A stretch of DNA of 64,000 bases from Vicinamibacterales bacterium (GCA_036401215.1 DASWVN010000240.1:4036-68035), one strand, 5' to 3'. Positions 1-9,727 are shown, counted from the stretch's first letter. The notes: generated by a model from the letters alone, not told the origin. Numbers and translations: made by a program.

Positions 1-333
1 TGGGATGTCTGAGAGTGTTGGCGCGTCAAGCGTCACGGACTCGTCCCCTGCGCCCGTGAGCTGGGCTGTGATTTCGTGAAGGATCAACTCCACTAGCCAC
101 TGGTACGGGAGCGCGCACTCATCGAGCACCAGGGCTTGAATGCGCGCACGCACCGTAGTGGCGGATTCTTTTGGGGTGCTGCGTCCTGTGCGCATGGCGC
201 TGAAAGTCTGGCGGCAGTCTTCGGCCGCCGCGATCGTCCGTGGATCGCGTTTCAGCCGGATGAACAACTCGGTCGCGTACCTCGCGGTTCGGGTTGCTGC
301 GCCGGCCGAGGTGATCACGTTCTCGTCCGCCAT
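1..333 (-). CDS. hypothetical protein, N-terminal part only (runs off left edge), translationally coupled to integrase
   Basis: Absent from the ORF track because it is truncated. ATG at 333-331 overlaps the integrase stop (ATGA). Hand translation gives an open frame of 111 codons to position 1: MADENVITSAGAATRTARYATELFIRLKRDPRTIAAAEDCRQTF...TLDAPTLSDIP. Confidence 0.45.
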   Translation of the reverse strand, partial: MADENVITSAGAATRTARYATELFIRLKRDPRTIAAAEDCRQTFSAMRTGRSTPKESATTVRARIQALVLDECALPYQWLVELILHEITAQLTGAGDESVTLDAPTLSDIP

Positions 334-1595
334 CACGCGCCTACCAGCTTCGCGACGGCCGCCGCGCGATGTTCGGGCGCAAGGTGCGCGTACCGAAGCG
401 TCATCTTGAGGTCGCTGTGCCCGAGCAGTTCCCGCACGGTGTTCAAATCGACGCCGGCCATCACGAGCTTGGATGCGAAGTGGTGGCGGCAGTCGTGGAA
501 CCGGAACGCCTCGATCTTCGCCGCCTTGAGCAGCGCGCCCCAGGCCGTTTTGATGTCTTCGAGCCGCGCGCCGTCCGCGCCAGGAAACACGAGGTCTGTC
601 ACCTTCTCCGGCTTCGTGATCTCGCGCCAGGTCGCGAGCACGGTCGCAGCCGTGACGTTTAGGGGGATGTGCCGTGTCTGGTCGCTCTTGGCGGTCTCGC
701 CGCGGACGGTGACGACGGCCTTTGTGGGGTTCACGTCAGCCCAGGTCAGCGCGAACAGTTCGCCTCGGCGCATGCCCGTATGCAGCGCGAGTGTCACCAT
801 TGGGGTCAAGTGATCGGTGTAGGTGCCGTAGACCGGCCACGCAGCATACTTCCGCTCGGTGCGCCAGCGGTTCGCGCGCTCGCGCTCAGCCCGCCGCGCC
901 TCATCCCGCGCGGTGAGTGCCTTCAGGAGTCGCGATTCTTCGGCCGTCGAAAGGTAGCGCACCTGTGCTCGGGTGTCGGTCTTGACAGCCTTCACCTTCG
1001 CGAGCGGATGCACGGTCAGCCCGAGTCCCAGGTCTGCACTCCAGTCGAGCGCTCGCGACAGCGCGCCGCGGAGGGTGTTGAGATCACGATTGACGGTCTC
1101 TGCGCTCTTGCCGGCTTTCAAGCGCGCCGAGCGCCATCGCTCGATGTCGAAGGCGGACAACCGCGCGAGCGGTTTGTCGAGCAGTTCCGCGAATGTCTGG
1201 CGCAGTCGTGCCGTCTGCTCGGCTCCGGTCTTCCGGTTCACCTTCACCCACGGCTCGTAGTGATCCGCGATGAATTGCCGGAGAGTGTAGGCGTCTCGAC
1301 GCGCCTCCATCGCGGCCCGCTCGGCCTCATCGGCCGCCTGCTCGGCCTCCTGCCGTTCGCGCCTGCGTTGCTCGGTCGTCTTGCCGAGTTCCTGCCGGGC
1401 GCGCTCGCGCGCCTCCGGTGCCGTGAGGGTGGCGGTCGTGCCGAGCTTGATCCATTCGCCGCGCGGGTTGGCGAAGTAGGTATGGACGCCGCTCGGCCGC
1501 ACCCGGAGCACGAAGCCTGGCAGCTTGGTGTCGCGGATGTCTTCAGGGCCGGCCGGGAGTTTACGGAGTAGTTCGACGCCGATCAGTGCGCGCAT
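333..1595 (-). CDS. int: tyrosine-type site-specific recombinase / phage integrase
   Basis: 420 aa. C-terminal catalytic region HDCRHHFASKLVMAGVDLNTVRELLGHSDLKMTLRYAHL (H-x-x-R ... Y) is typical of phage integrase family; N-terminal SAM-like/arm-binding region. Confidence 0.95.
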   Translation of the reverse strand: MRALIGVELLRKLPAGPEDIRDTKLPGFVLRVRPSGVHTYFANPRGEWIKLGTTATLTAPEARERARQELGKTTEQRRRERQEAEQAADEAERAAMEARRDAYTLRQFIADHYEPWVKVNRKTGAEQTARLRQTFAELLDKPLARLSAFDIERWRSARLKAGKSAETVNRDLNTLRGALSRALDWSADLGLGLTVHPLAKVKAVKTDTRAQVRYLSTAEESRLLKALTARDEARRAERERANRWRTERKYAAWPVYGTYTDHLTPMVTLALHTGMRRGELFALTWADVNPTKAVVTVRGETAKSDQTRHIPLNVTAATVLATWREITKPEKVTDLVFPGADGARLEDIKTAWGALLKAAKIEAFRFHDCRHHFASKLVMAGVDLNTVRELLGHSDLKMTLRYAHLAPEHRAAAVAKLVGA

Positions 1596-1805
1596 GGATG
1601 CCTCCGAATCGACAACCCTGATTGATTTCCTGCACTACGGAGAGAGCCGGTCGCTGGTGTCCGTAGTGCGCCGGTAGTGCAGAATTTATCACTCAGGGTC
1701 TTAGACGGTGACGGATCGTAACACTTGAACGCGAGGAATGTCTAAGGAAAACGCCCGTATCGTGCTACGGCGTGATATGGCGGGTGATGGTGGGAGAGTG
1801 CCTGA

Positions 1806-1855
1806 GAGCCTTCACACGGCGGGGGTCAGTGGTTCGAATCCACTAGCGCCCACCA
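1806..1855 (+). other. tRNA 3' fragment (anticodon-loop to CCA, Val-CAC-like), putative att site remnant
   Basis: T arm agtgg-ttcgaat-ccact (1828-1844); 3' acceptor strand agcgccc + A + CCA (1845-1855); possible anticodon loop ttCACac (1811-1817). No complementary 5' acceptor strand (gggcgct) anywhere upstream, so this is not a complete tRNA. Confidence 0.5.
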
Positions 1856-1964
1856 ACCTTCGCTCGCGCGCTGCACTTGACGCGCGAGCTACGGCCGCCA
1901 GCTCAATTTCCTCGTAAGCGGAAGGCGTCCGTACTCCAGTCCACCCGAGGCCCGAAGCCCGATC

Positions 1965-2050
1965 CCCGCGCACCCCGCGCACCGCGCACCCCGGACCGCG
2001 CACCGCGCACTGCGCACCGCGCACCGCCCACCGCGCACCGCGCGGACCCC
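1965..2050. repeat. tandem heptamer tract (CGCGCAC-type units), single arm, flanked by direct ccccggacc
   Basis: cgcgcac cgcgcac tgcgcac cgcgcac cgcccac cgcgcac read directly; ccccggacc occurs at about 1990 and about 2046. Confidence 0.85.
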
Positions 2051-2057
2051 GGACCCG

Positions 2058-2912
2058 CTACTTCTTGCGCCGCTGCTCCGGCAGCCGCCGCTCCGATGGA
2101 CCGTCGTAGAGGTGATCCTTCGGATCGATCTGGCGCATCGGCGGATAGCGCTCGAACTCTTCGCGGGCCTGCGCGGTGATGCCAGGCACCCGGGAGATGA
2201 TGAACAGCGCGTTGGCCACCGCCGGCGGGATCCCGATGTCGCCGCAGACGGCAGCGATCGCGCCGTCGATGTTGACCGGCAGCGGCGTGCCGACCGCGCG
2301 CGCGGTGATCACCATCTCCACGGCGCGGATCATCTGGATGTGCTCGCCCTCCATTTCGAGTTCGAGCGCCATCTGGAACAGGCGGGCCGCACGCGGATCG
2401 CGGGTGTGGAAGCGGTGGCCGAAACCCGGCACGCCTTCGTCTGATTTCAAGGCTTCGTCCACGATCGCTTCAGCGGCCTGCTGGTAGCTCGCGCCCTGGC
2501 GCACCCGGGCGAGGCCCGCGTCCAGGAAGTGCATGCAGGATTCGATGTCGCCGCCGTGATAGCGGCCGAATCCCAGCAGGCCCGCGGCGACACACGCCCG
2601 GAGCGACGCCCCGGTCGTCGCCGTGTTCCGCGCCGCCAGCGTGGACGGCGGCGTGGCGCCGTGATCGATGAACGAGACGAGCACCGCCTCCATCAGGCTC
2701 GCGATCGACGGCGACGGAACTTCACCCATGAGCAGCAGGTAGATGGCTTCGCCGAAGGTGAGGCGTCCCATCATTTCGTCGAGCGGGTAGCCGCGCACCA
2801 GGATCTTGTTCGGCTCGATGCGCGTGAGTGCCGTCCGCCAGTTCTCGTCGTCGTGCCCGCGCCGCTCCTGGGCCCGCCGTTCCTTGCCGGGTGGTCGTGC
2901 TACCTTCACCAT
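2058..2912 (-). CDS. citryl-CoA lyase / citrate synthase-like protein
   Basis: 284 aa; citrate-synthase family motif GFGHRFHTRDPRA, small-domain-only architecture. Confidence 0.8.
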   Translation of the reverse strand: MVKVARPPGKERRAQERRGHDDENWRTALTRIEPNKILVRGYPLDEMMGRLTFGEAIYLLLMGEVPSPSIASLMEAVLVSFIDHGATPPSTLAARNTATTGASLRACVAAGLLGFGRYHGGDIESCMHFLDAGLARVRQGASYQQAAEAIVDEALKSDEGVPGFGHRFHTRDPRAARLFQMALELEMEGEHIQMIRAVEMVITARAVGTPLPVNIDGAIAAVCGDIGIPPAVANALFIISRVPGITAQAREEFERYPPMRQIDPKDHLYDGPSERRLPEQRRKK

Positions 2913-2925
2913 CTCGTTCGTCTCG

Positions 2926-3549
2926 CTATTCGGTTCCGTACAAGCGGTCCCCGAAATCTCCCAGGCCGGGCACGATGAACTTCTGTTCGTTGAGGCCGCG
3001 ATCGATGACGGGGGTGTAGATGTGCACGTCGGGATGGTGCCGCTCGACGAGCGCCACCCCTTCGGGAGCCGAGACGATGCAGATCATGCGGACCTGGTGG
3101 GCCCCGGCGTCGCGCAGCATGTCGAGCGCCGCCACGGCGCTGCCGCCCGTGGCGAGCATCGGATCGATCATCAGAACGAAACTGCCGCCGAGCGAGCTCG
3201 GCAGCTTGGCGTAGTACTTCGACGCGATCGCCGTCATCTCGTCGCGCTGCAGGCCGATATGGCCGACCCGGGCGCTCGGGATCAGCTCGAGGATCGCATC
3301 CAGCATGCCGAGACCGGCGCGAAGCACCGGCACGACCACGACATCCCCATTCACCCGCCGCCCCGCGGCCGGTCCGAGCGGGGTCGAGACGGTCAAATTC
3401 TCGGCCGGTAGATCCCGCGTGGCTTCGGCGGCCAGCAGCAGGCTGATCCGGACCGCCATCCGGCGAAACACTTCTGGAGGCGTGGTTTTGTCGCGCAGGA
3501 TGGCGAGCGCGTCGTGGACGAGCGGATGTTCGACAAGGTGAACCGGCAC
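2926..3549 (-). CDS. upp: uracil phosphoribosyltransferase
   Basis: 207 aa; MPVHLVEHPLVHDALAILRDKTT..., PRPP-binding loop VLMIDPMLATGGSA. Confidence 0.95.
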   Translation of the reverse strand: MPVHLVEHPLVHDALAILRDKTTPPEVFRRMAVRISLLLAAEATRDLPAENLTVSTPLGPAAGRRVNGDVVVVPVLRAGLGMLDAILELIPSARVGHIGLQRDEMTAIASKYYAKLPSSLGGSFVLMIDPMLATGGSAVAALDMLRDAGAHQVRMICIVSAPEGVALVERHHPDVHIYTPVIDRGLNEQKFIVPGLGDFGDRLYGTE

Positions 3550-3588
3550 CGGCCAAACTATACATTAGCCAGCTACAATCTAAGGCTC

Positions 3589-4980
3589 ATGCGCAATCGG
3601 ATCGCAGCCCTGGCGGCCGCCCTGGTCGCCGTTGTCACCTCCGTCTCGACACAGCCTCAACAGGTCGACCTGATCGTCCACAACGCCATCGTCGTGACGA
3701 TGGACGGCGCGTCGCGGGTGCTGGACCGGGGCGCCATTGCGATCCGCGGCAACGGCATCGTGGCAGTCGACGCCTCCGACAAGGTCGTCTCCGCGTTCAC
3801 GGCAGCCCAGATGCTGGATGCCGGCGGGCAGATCGCGATGCCCGGACTCGTGAACACCCACACGCATGCCCCGATGGTGCTGTACCGCGGGCTGGCCGAC
3901 GACCTTGCGCTGATGGAATGGCTCCAGAAGTACATCTTCCCGGCCGAAGCGAAGACCGTCACCCGCGAGTTCGTCAGGGCCGGCACGCGCCTCGCCGCCC
4001 TGGAGATGATCGCTTCGGGCACGACGACCTATGCCGACATGTACTACTTCGAGGAGGAGATCGCGCGCGTCACACGCGATGCCGGCCTGCGCGGCGTGCT
4101 GGGGCAGACGATCATCCAGTTCCCGGTGCCGGACGCGAAGACCCCGCAGGAGGAACTCGCGCGCACCGAGGCGTTCCTGAAGGAATTTGCCGGGGACGAA
4201 TTGATCACGCCCGCGGTCGCCCCGCACGCCATGTACACGCTCGACCGTGACACGCTGCGGGCCTCACGCGCGCTCGCCGACAAGTACAACGCTCCGGTGC
4301 TGATCCATCTCGCCGAGACGGCCGACGAGCTGAACACGTCCCAGAAGGACCACAAGATGTCGCCGACTCGATACCTGGAGTCGATCGGCTTCTGGGGCCC
4401 CCGCACGCTCGCCGCGCACGCCGTCTGGCTGGACGACGCCGACATCCGCATACTTGCCGATCGCAAGGTCGGGGTCTCGCACAATCCGGAGAGCAACATG
4501 AAGCTGGCGAGCGGAACCGCGAAAGTACCAGCACTCCGGCAGGCCGGCGTCGAGGTGGGCCTCGGCACGGACGGCGCCGCCAGCAACAACGACCTCGACA
4601 TGTTTGAAGCCATGCGGCAGGCGGCGTTGCTGCACAAGCTGACGACCGGCGATCCGCGCGCGGTGCCCGCGACGACGGCGGTGGCGATGGCGACGATCGA
4701 GGGGGCGCGCGCGCTCGGCATGCAGGACAGGATCGGCTCGCTCGAACCCGGCAAGCGCGCGGATCTGATCCTGGTCTCGATGGCAGGGGCGCGGCAGACG
4801 CCGATGTACGATCCGGTCTCGCACCTTGTCTACGTCGCGCGGGGCACGGACGTGACGAACACGATCGTCAACGGCCGGATCCTGATGCGCGATCGACAGG
4901 TGCTCACGTTGAACGAGGCGAGCGTGATCCGGGAGGCGAACGAGCAGGCCTCCAGGGTGCGGGCCGCCGTCGGCAAGTAG
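3589..4980 (+). CDS. amidohydrolase, MtaD/SsnA-like nucleoside deaminase family, with N-terminal signal-like peptide
   Basis: Metal-binding HTHAPM motif and ...GTDGAASNNDLDMFEAM. The internal ATG at 3589 (MRNRIAALAAALVAV...) is preferred because the track start at 3514 would overlap the upp start. Confidence 0.85.
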   Translation: MRNRIAALAAALVAVVTSVSTQPQQVDLIVHNAIVVTMDGASRVLDRGAIAIRGNGIVAVDASDKVVSAFTAAQMLDAGGQIAMPGLVNTHTHAPMVLYRGLADDLALMEWLQKYIFPAEAKTVTREFVRAGTRLAALEMIASGTTTYADMYYFEEEIARVTRDAGLRGVLGQTIIQFPVPDAKTPQEELARTEAFLKEFAGDELITPAVAPHAMYTLDRDTLRASRALADKYNAPVLIHLAETADELNTSQKDHKMSPTRYLESIGFWGPRTLAAHAVWLDDADIRILADRKVGVSHNPESNMKLASGTAKVPALRQAGVEVGLGTDGAASNNDLDMFEAMRQAALLHKLTTGDPRAVPATTAVAMATIEGARALGMQDRIGSLEPGKRADLILVSMAGARQTPMYDPVSHLVYVARGTDVTNTIVNGRILMRDRQVLTLNEASVIREANEQASRVRAAVGK

Positions 4981-4993
4981 CGAACGAGGCGCG

Positions 4994-5506
4994 ATGAACG
5001 TTCTGTTGGATGCGGAAAAGATCCAGGCCCGCGTGCGGGAACTGGCGCGGGAAATCGAGGCCGATTACCCGGACGGCGAGGAGATCTTCCTGGTCGGTGT
5101 GCTCAAGGGAGGATTCATGTTCATGGCGGACCTGGTCCGCTCGATGAGCACGCGAGTCTCCATCGACTTCATCGCGGTTTCGAGCTACGGAGCCGGAACG
5201 AAGTCGTCGGGTGAGGTCCGGCTGCAGAAGGATCTCGAGACCAGCCTCGAGAACCGCAACGTGATCGTCATCGAAGACATCGTCGATACGGGACTGACGT
5301 TGAAGTATCTGCAGGATATCCTCAGGAGCCGGGCGCCCAAGAGCCTGCGGACGGCGTGCCTGCTGAGCAAGCCGACCCGGCGCCAGGTGGACGTCCCGGT
5401 GGAGTACGTCGGATTCACGATCGAGGATCGCTTCGTCGTGGGCTACGGTCTCGACTACGCGGAGAAATACCGCAACCTGCCGCACATCGCGGTCCTGCAG
5501 GAGTGA
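4994..5506 (+). CDS. hpt: hypoxanthine phosphoribosyltransferase
   Basis: 170 aa; VIVIEDIVDTGLTL PRPP motif, ...VVGYGLDYAEKYRNLPHI. Confidence 0.95.
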   Translation: MNVLLDAEKIQARVRELAREIEADYPDGEEIFLVGVLKGGFMFMADLVRSMSTRVSIDFIAVSSYGAGTKSSGEVRLQKDLETSLENRNVIVIEDIVDTGLTLKYLQDILRSRAPKSLRTACLLSKPTRRQVDVPVEYVGFTIEDRFVVGYGLDYAEKYRNLPHIAVLQE

Positions 5507-6147
5507 TGCGGACGTTCGAGATCATCACCGAAGCCGACGCGCGGACGATCGACATTGGCGCGACGGTCGAACTCGCGAACGGCGGGCACATCACGCCGCT
5601 GGCGCGCGACACGTTGCAGGCGCGTCGCGTCACGGTGATCGCCGCGGGTTCGTTCGACGCGACGCTGCCGGACGGCCTGGCGCCGGTCGCCGACGTGCGC
5701 CGGCTCGCGATCGGCAACGATCACACGGGCGTGGCGATGAAGCAGGCGATCCTTCAGCACCTGCGCGGCAAAGGCATGGCGGTGCTCGATCTCGGCACGA
5801 ACGGGACCGAGCCGGTGGACTATCCCGATGTCGCAGGCCAGGTCGCGCGCAGCGTCGCGCGCGGAGAAACGGATGCCGGCATCGTCATCGACGGCGCGGG
5901 AATCGGATCGTGCATCGCGGCGAACAAGATCCGCGGGATCAGGGCGGCCATGTGCACGGATGAGACGATGGCGCGATACTCGCGCGAGCACAACGGGGCG
6001 AACGTCCTGACGCTGGGGTCCGTGCTGCTGCCGGGCTCCGACGCGGCGATCCGCATCGTGGACACCTGGCTCGGAACGGCCATGCGTGAAGCGCGCTACA
6101 TCCGGCGCTTGCTCAAAGTCCGCCGGCTCGAAGAGAATCCCGAGTGA
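5506..6147 (+). CDS. rpiB: ribose-5-phosphate isomerase B (RpiB/LacA/LacB family) with about 65 aa N-terminal extension
   Basis: Core [17 protein letters not shown]...[27 protein letters not shown] at 5506 overlaps the hpt stop by 1 nt. Extension: [45 protein letters not shown]. Confidence 0.85.
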   Translation: MRTFEIITEADARTIDIGATVELANGGHITPLARDTLQARRVTVIAAGSFDATLPDGLAPVADVRRLAIGNDHTGVAMKQAILQHLRGKGMAVLDLGTNGTEPVDYPDVAGQVARSVARGETDAGIVIDGAGIGSCIAANKIRGIRAAMCTDETMARYSREHNGANVLTLGSVLLPGSDAAIRIVDTWLGTAMREARYIRRLLKVRRLEENPE

Positions 6148-6148
6148 C

Positions 6149-7027
6149 GTGCTGAATCCACACGACCTGCAGCGTCTGATCGACATCATCACGGAAGAGG
6201 TCGTCGCCGCCCAGCGGAGCGGCGGCGGATCCTGCGCGTGTCACGCCGTGCGCGAGGACTGCTGTCCGGACCGGCTGCGCGTCGTCGTGGACGCGGGCGC
6301 AACCCGGCTGGGACTCCACGCGACCGGCGGGACGACGGCGGGCGTGTCGGGCATGATCGATCACACGCTGCTGAAGCCGGACGCGACTCGCCAGGAGATC
6401 GAGAAGCTCTGTCGAGAGGCGGCCGAGTTCCACTTCGCGACCGTCTGCGTGAACCCGGTGTGGGTGTCACTGGCCGCGGCGCGCCTTCGGGGAACCGGAG
6501 TGGGCGTCTGCTCGGTGGTGGGATTCCCGCTCGGCGCCAGCAGCGCCGACGTGAAGAACTTCGAGACCCGGCGCGCCATCTACGACGGCGCGACCGAGAT
6601 CGACATGGTGATCAACGTCGGCGCGCTGAAGTCCGGCGATCTTCGCACGGTGGAGCGCGACATCGAAGCGGTGACGGATCCCTGCCGGCAGTGCGGGGTC
6701 GTCAGCAAGGTGATCATCGAGGCGGCGCTTCTCACCGACGAGGAGAAGGTCACCGCGTGTACGTTGTCGAAGGCCGCCGGCGCGGATTTCGTGAAGACCT
6801 CCACCGGGTTCGGTCCTGGCGGCGCTACCGCGGCGGACGTGGCGTTGATGCGCCGCGTCGTCGGGGCGGAGATGGGCGTGAAGGCCGCCGGCGGCGTGCG
6901 CGATCTCGAAGGGCTGAAGGCGATGGTCGCGGCCGGCGCCAGCCGGGTGGGCGCCAGCGCCGGTGTGAAGATCGTCCAGCAATCGCGCGGCCAGCAGCCT
7001 AGTCCGGGTCCGGCCGCGGGCTACTAG
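6149..7027 (+). CDS. deoC: deoxyribose-phosphate aldolase with about 68 aa N-terminal extension (amphipathic helix, Gly linker, Cys cluster)
   Basis: Core [16 protein letters not shown]...ATVCVNP...FVKTSTGF (Schiff-base Lys). GTG at 6149 lies directly after the rpiB stop. Extension: [43 protein letters not shown]. Confidence 0.9.
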   Translation: MLNPHDLQRLIDIITEEVVAAQRSGGGSCACHAVREDCCPDRLRVVVDAGATRLGLHATGGTTAGVSGMIDHTLLKPDATRQEIEKLCREAAEFHFATVCVNPVWVSLAAARLRGTGVGVCSVVGFPLGASSADVKNFETRRAIYDGATEIDMVINVGALKSGDLRTVERDIEAVTDPCRQCGVVSKVIIEAALLTDEEKVTACTLSKAAGADFVKTSTGFGPGGATAADVALMRRVVGAEMGVKAAGGVRDLEGLKAMVAAGASRVGASAGVKIVQQSRGQQPSPGPAAGY

Positions 7028-8201
7028 GTGCCCCCGAGGGGACGACCTGCTTGACCACGCGGCGCGGGAACGGGAAGTCGATCCCGTTGTCGCGGAAGGC
7101 CTTGAGAATCCTGCGGCGCAGTTCCCGGCCGACCTCCCACTGCTTGAGCGGAACCGTCTTGATCCGCAGCTTGATCGTCACCGACGATTCGCCGAAGGCG
7201 TCCACCCCGACGACCTCGATCGGGCCGAGGATGTTGGGACCGAAACGGTCGTCGGCCTGCAACTCGGCGCCGATCGTCCGCACGATCGCGGTCACGCGAT
7301 CGGGATCCTCGCCATAGGTCACGGCCAGATCGATCACGTAGAAGGAGAAGTCCTTGCTGCGGTTGGCCAGCGTGGTGATGGCCCCGTTCGGGAAGACATG
7401 GACGGTGCCCTCGAAGTCGCGGAGGACGATCGTCCGCAAGTTGATCGCCTCGACCAGCCCGCCTTGTCCGTTGATCGCCGCCACGTCGCCGACCCGCACC
7501 TGGTTTTCGAGGATCAGGAAGAAGCCGCTGATGATGTCGCGGACGAGCGTCTGCGCCCCGAAGCCGATCGCGATTCCGATCACACCGGCGCCGGCGAGGA
7601 CCGGCGCGATGTCGACGCCGAGTTCCCGCAGCACCATCAATGTTGCGACGCCACCGATCAGCGCCGACGAGCCGTTGCGGACGAGGGTGCCCAGCGTGCG
7701 CGCGCGTTTGCCGCGTTCCATCGCGTCGAGCGTGGTCCCGCGGTTCATCTCGTGCTCGAACCGCCGGACCATCAACGTCACGATCCGGATGAGCGCGTAG
7801 GCGAGCGCCGCGATCAACAGGATCCGCAGACCGGATCCGAATGCCCAGGCCGTCAATTGGCTGAGCCGCACGCCGGTGCGCGGCCGAAGACCCGACAACT
7901 CGAGAATCGGCGACGTGATCAGGGCGAGGACGAGAAAGAACACCGCCACTGCGATCAACCGCAGCGGGCCTCGAACCAGCGGGCTGGACGTGGCGATCGT
8001 GTCGCTGACGAGCGACTGGAGCCCCCGCCTGATCAGCTTGCGCGTTACGCGCGCCGCGATCCACGCGAGGATGAAGGCGGAGAGCAGCGCCAGCAGCAGC
8101 GTCTGCCAGTCGGGAGGACTCTCGAACAATCCCTGCCAGAATGTCGAAGCGGATTCCACTGACGGGAGGATAGCAGAGGTTACCAGGGCGGGCGACTGCA
8201 C
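6999..8201 (-). CDS. mechanosensitive ion channel (MscS family)
   Basis: [54 protein letters not shown]. Start is uncertain (GTG at 8201 or 8159); the track start at 8330 would overlap the upstream kinase gene. Confidence 0.85.
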   Translation of the reverse strand: MQSPALVTSAILPSVESASTFWQGLFESPPDWQTLLLALLSAFILAWIAARVTRKLIRRGLQSLVSDTIATSSPLVRGPLRLIAVAVFFLVLALITSPILELSGLRPRTGVRLSQLTAWAFGSGLRILLIAALAYALIRIVTLMVRRFEHEMNRGTTLDAMERGKRARTLGTLVRNGSSALIGGVATLMVLRELGVDIAPVLAGAGVIGIAIGFGAQTLVRDIISGFFLILENQVRVGDVAAINGQGGLVEAINLRTIVLRDFEGTVHVFPNGAITTLANRSKDFSFYVIDLAVTYGEDPDRVTAIVRTIGAELQADDRFGPNILGPIEVVGVDAFGESSVTIKLRIKTVPLKQWEVGRELRRRILKAFRDNGIDFPFPRRVVKQVVPSGAPSSPRPDPD

Positions 8202-8250
8202 GGGTCGTTGTGCCGCAGCCGTTTGGCTCGTGGCAGTGCCGCGAATCAGC

Positions 8251-9633
8251 TCAAGCCGTCGCCTGGACGTCTCTCGATGTCGCGAACGTCTGGATCGGCA
8301 TGCGGAGCGACGCGCGGCAGCCGGTCGCATTGGGACGGTTTTCCAGGAGGAGGCTGCCGCCGTGCGCCTCGGCGATCTGGCGGCTCAGCACCAGACCGAT
8401 GCCGGAGCCTCCGGGCTTCGTCGTGAAGAACGGGACGAACAGATTGCCGGTGTTCGACAGGCCCGGTCCCTCGTCCTCGACCCAGAGTTCGACCGACGGC
8501 GGCGACGATCCGGGCAGACGATCCCAGCCGACCGTGACCGCACCGCCGGTTTCGCGGACCGCGTCCACCGCGTTGCGGATCAAGTTGATCATCAGCTGTT
8601 CCAACTGGTCCCCGTCCCCCTGGACCGTCACGCGCGGCCCCGGCTCGACGCGGATGTGATGCGCCTTCTCGAGCGTGACGACCCGGTCGACGAACGTGCC
8701 GATGTCGAGCGGACCGAGCTTCGGCGGGGGAAGCTTGGCGAGCCGTGCATAGGCGTTCATGAACCGGCTCAGTGATTCCGACCGCGAGGCGATGACTGCA
8801 AGACCGCGGGTCACGTCCTCACGCCAGTCGGGCGGCGGGGGATCGCGATCGATGATCGTGGAAAGGCTTCCTGCAATCGACTTGATCGGCGCGAGCGAGT
8901 TGTTCATCTCGTGGCCGATGACCCGAATCAGCCGCTGGAACGCCTGCCGTTCTTCTTCGCGCAGCGGCCGGCTCAGATCTGAGAGCACGAGCAGTTCGTG
9001 CGGCCGGCCGCCCTGGCGGAACTGGCTCCGCCGGACCTCCCAGCGTCCGACACCGCCGGGAAAGGCAGTGTTGATGACGCGCGGCGCTTCGCCGGCGAGA
9101 TACTGGTCGAGGCCGATCTCGTCCGCCGCACGCCCGAGCAGCCGCTCGACCGGCAGACCCAGAAGGCGCGCGCCCGCATTGTTCACGAATTTCAGTTCGC
9201 TCCTCTCGTCGAAGGTGTAGACGGCCACGTCGATCTCCGCCATCACCTTGCGCAGGAGCGTGGTGGCTTCGAGTGCGTCGAGCCGCTGGTGACGGAGGAT
9301 TTCGACGAGCGCGTTGACCTCGATCATCACCTGCCCGAGCGGGTCGCCGCCGCGGGCGCCGCGGGCGCGAATCGAGAAGTCCCCTTCGCCGAGCGCGGCG
9401 AGCAGGTTGGAGAGCGTCTGCAGCGGCAGCACCACGCGTTCACGTAACGCGAACGCAAATCCCAGGCAGAACACGACGATGAGGACCGAGAGGGTCCACT
9501 GGACCTTCGGCGTGTGGTCGCCGGTCCAGAGAAAGATCAAGGAGATGAGGGCGCCCGGCAGTGCCGAGGCGAGCGCCATCAAGAGGATGCGGCGGTCGTG
9601 ACTTAGACGAGGCTGACGGGGCGAAGTGGCCAC
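8251..9633 (-). CDS. sensor histidine kinase (two TM, HAMP/PAS, HisKA, HATPase_c)
   Basis: 460 aa; H-box VIGHEMNNSLAPIKS; G-boxes ...EDEGPGL...GGSGIGL. Confidence 0.9.
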   Translation of the reverse strand: MATSPRQPRLSHDRRILLMALASALPGALISLIFLWTGDHTPKVQWTLSVLIVVFCLGFAFALRERVVLPLQTLSNLLAALGEGDFSIRARGARGGDPLGQVMIEVNALVEILRHQRLDALEATTLLRKVMAEIDVAVYTFDERSELKFVNNAGARLLGLPVERLLGRAADEIGLDQYLAGEAPRVINTAFPGGVGRWEVRRSQFRQGGRPHELLVLSDLSRPLREEERQAFQRLIRVIGHEMNNSLAPIKSIAGSLSTIIDRDPPPPDWREDVTRGLAVIASRSESLSRFMNAYARLAKLPPPKLGPLDIGTFVDRVVTLEKAHHIRVEPGPRVTVQGDGDQLEQLMINLIRNAVDAVRETGGAVTVGWDRLPGSSPPSVELWVEDEGPGLSNTGNLFVPFFTTKPGGSGIGLVLSRQIAEAHGGSLLLENRPNATGCRASLRMPIQTFATSRDVQATA

Positions 9634-9640
9634 GGCTCTA

Positions 9641-9717
9641 TCAATGCTGAATGCCGAATGCCGAATGCTGAATGTTCATGCCGCATTCAGCATTTAGCAT
9701 TTCGCATTCAGCATTGA
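9641..9717. repeat. heptamer-built palindrome (GAATGCY units) between response-regulator and kinase genes
   Basis: tcaatgctgaatgccgaatgccgaatgctgaatg ... cattcagcatttagcatttcgcattcagcattga; the arms are near-perfect reverse complements. Confidence 0.9.
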
Positions 9718-9727
9718 CAAGCGTCTT

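Noticed and set aside
1766-1855. Complete tRNA (Ser/Val-like) next to the integrase
   Set aside because: The T arm, 3' acceptor strand and CCA are clear. However, no upstream segment can pair with agcgccc to form an acceptor stem, either at standard or at long-variable-arm spacing. It is therefore reported only as a fragment.
3514-3588. Upstream start for the amidohydrolase (track start 3514)
   Set aside because: It would overlap the divergent upp start codon region by 36 nt and would add a non-signal, non-conserved-looking 25 aa. The ATG at 3589 gives a typical signal-like N-terminus.
2926-8201. Bacterial microcompartment shell genes near rpiB/deoC
   Set aside because: No about 90-100 aa BMC-H-like or about 80-90 aa BMC-P-like ORF is present on either strand. 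The BMC link therefore rests only on the enzyme extensions and remains a hypothesis.
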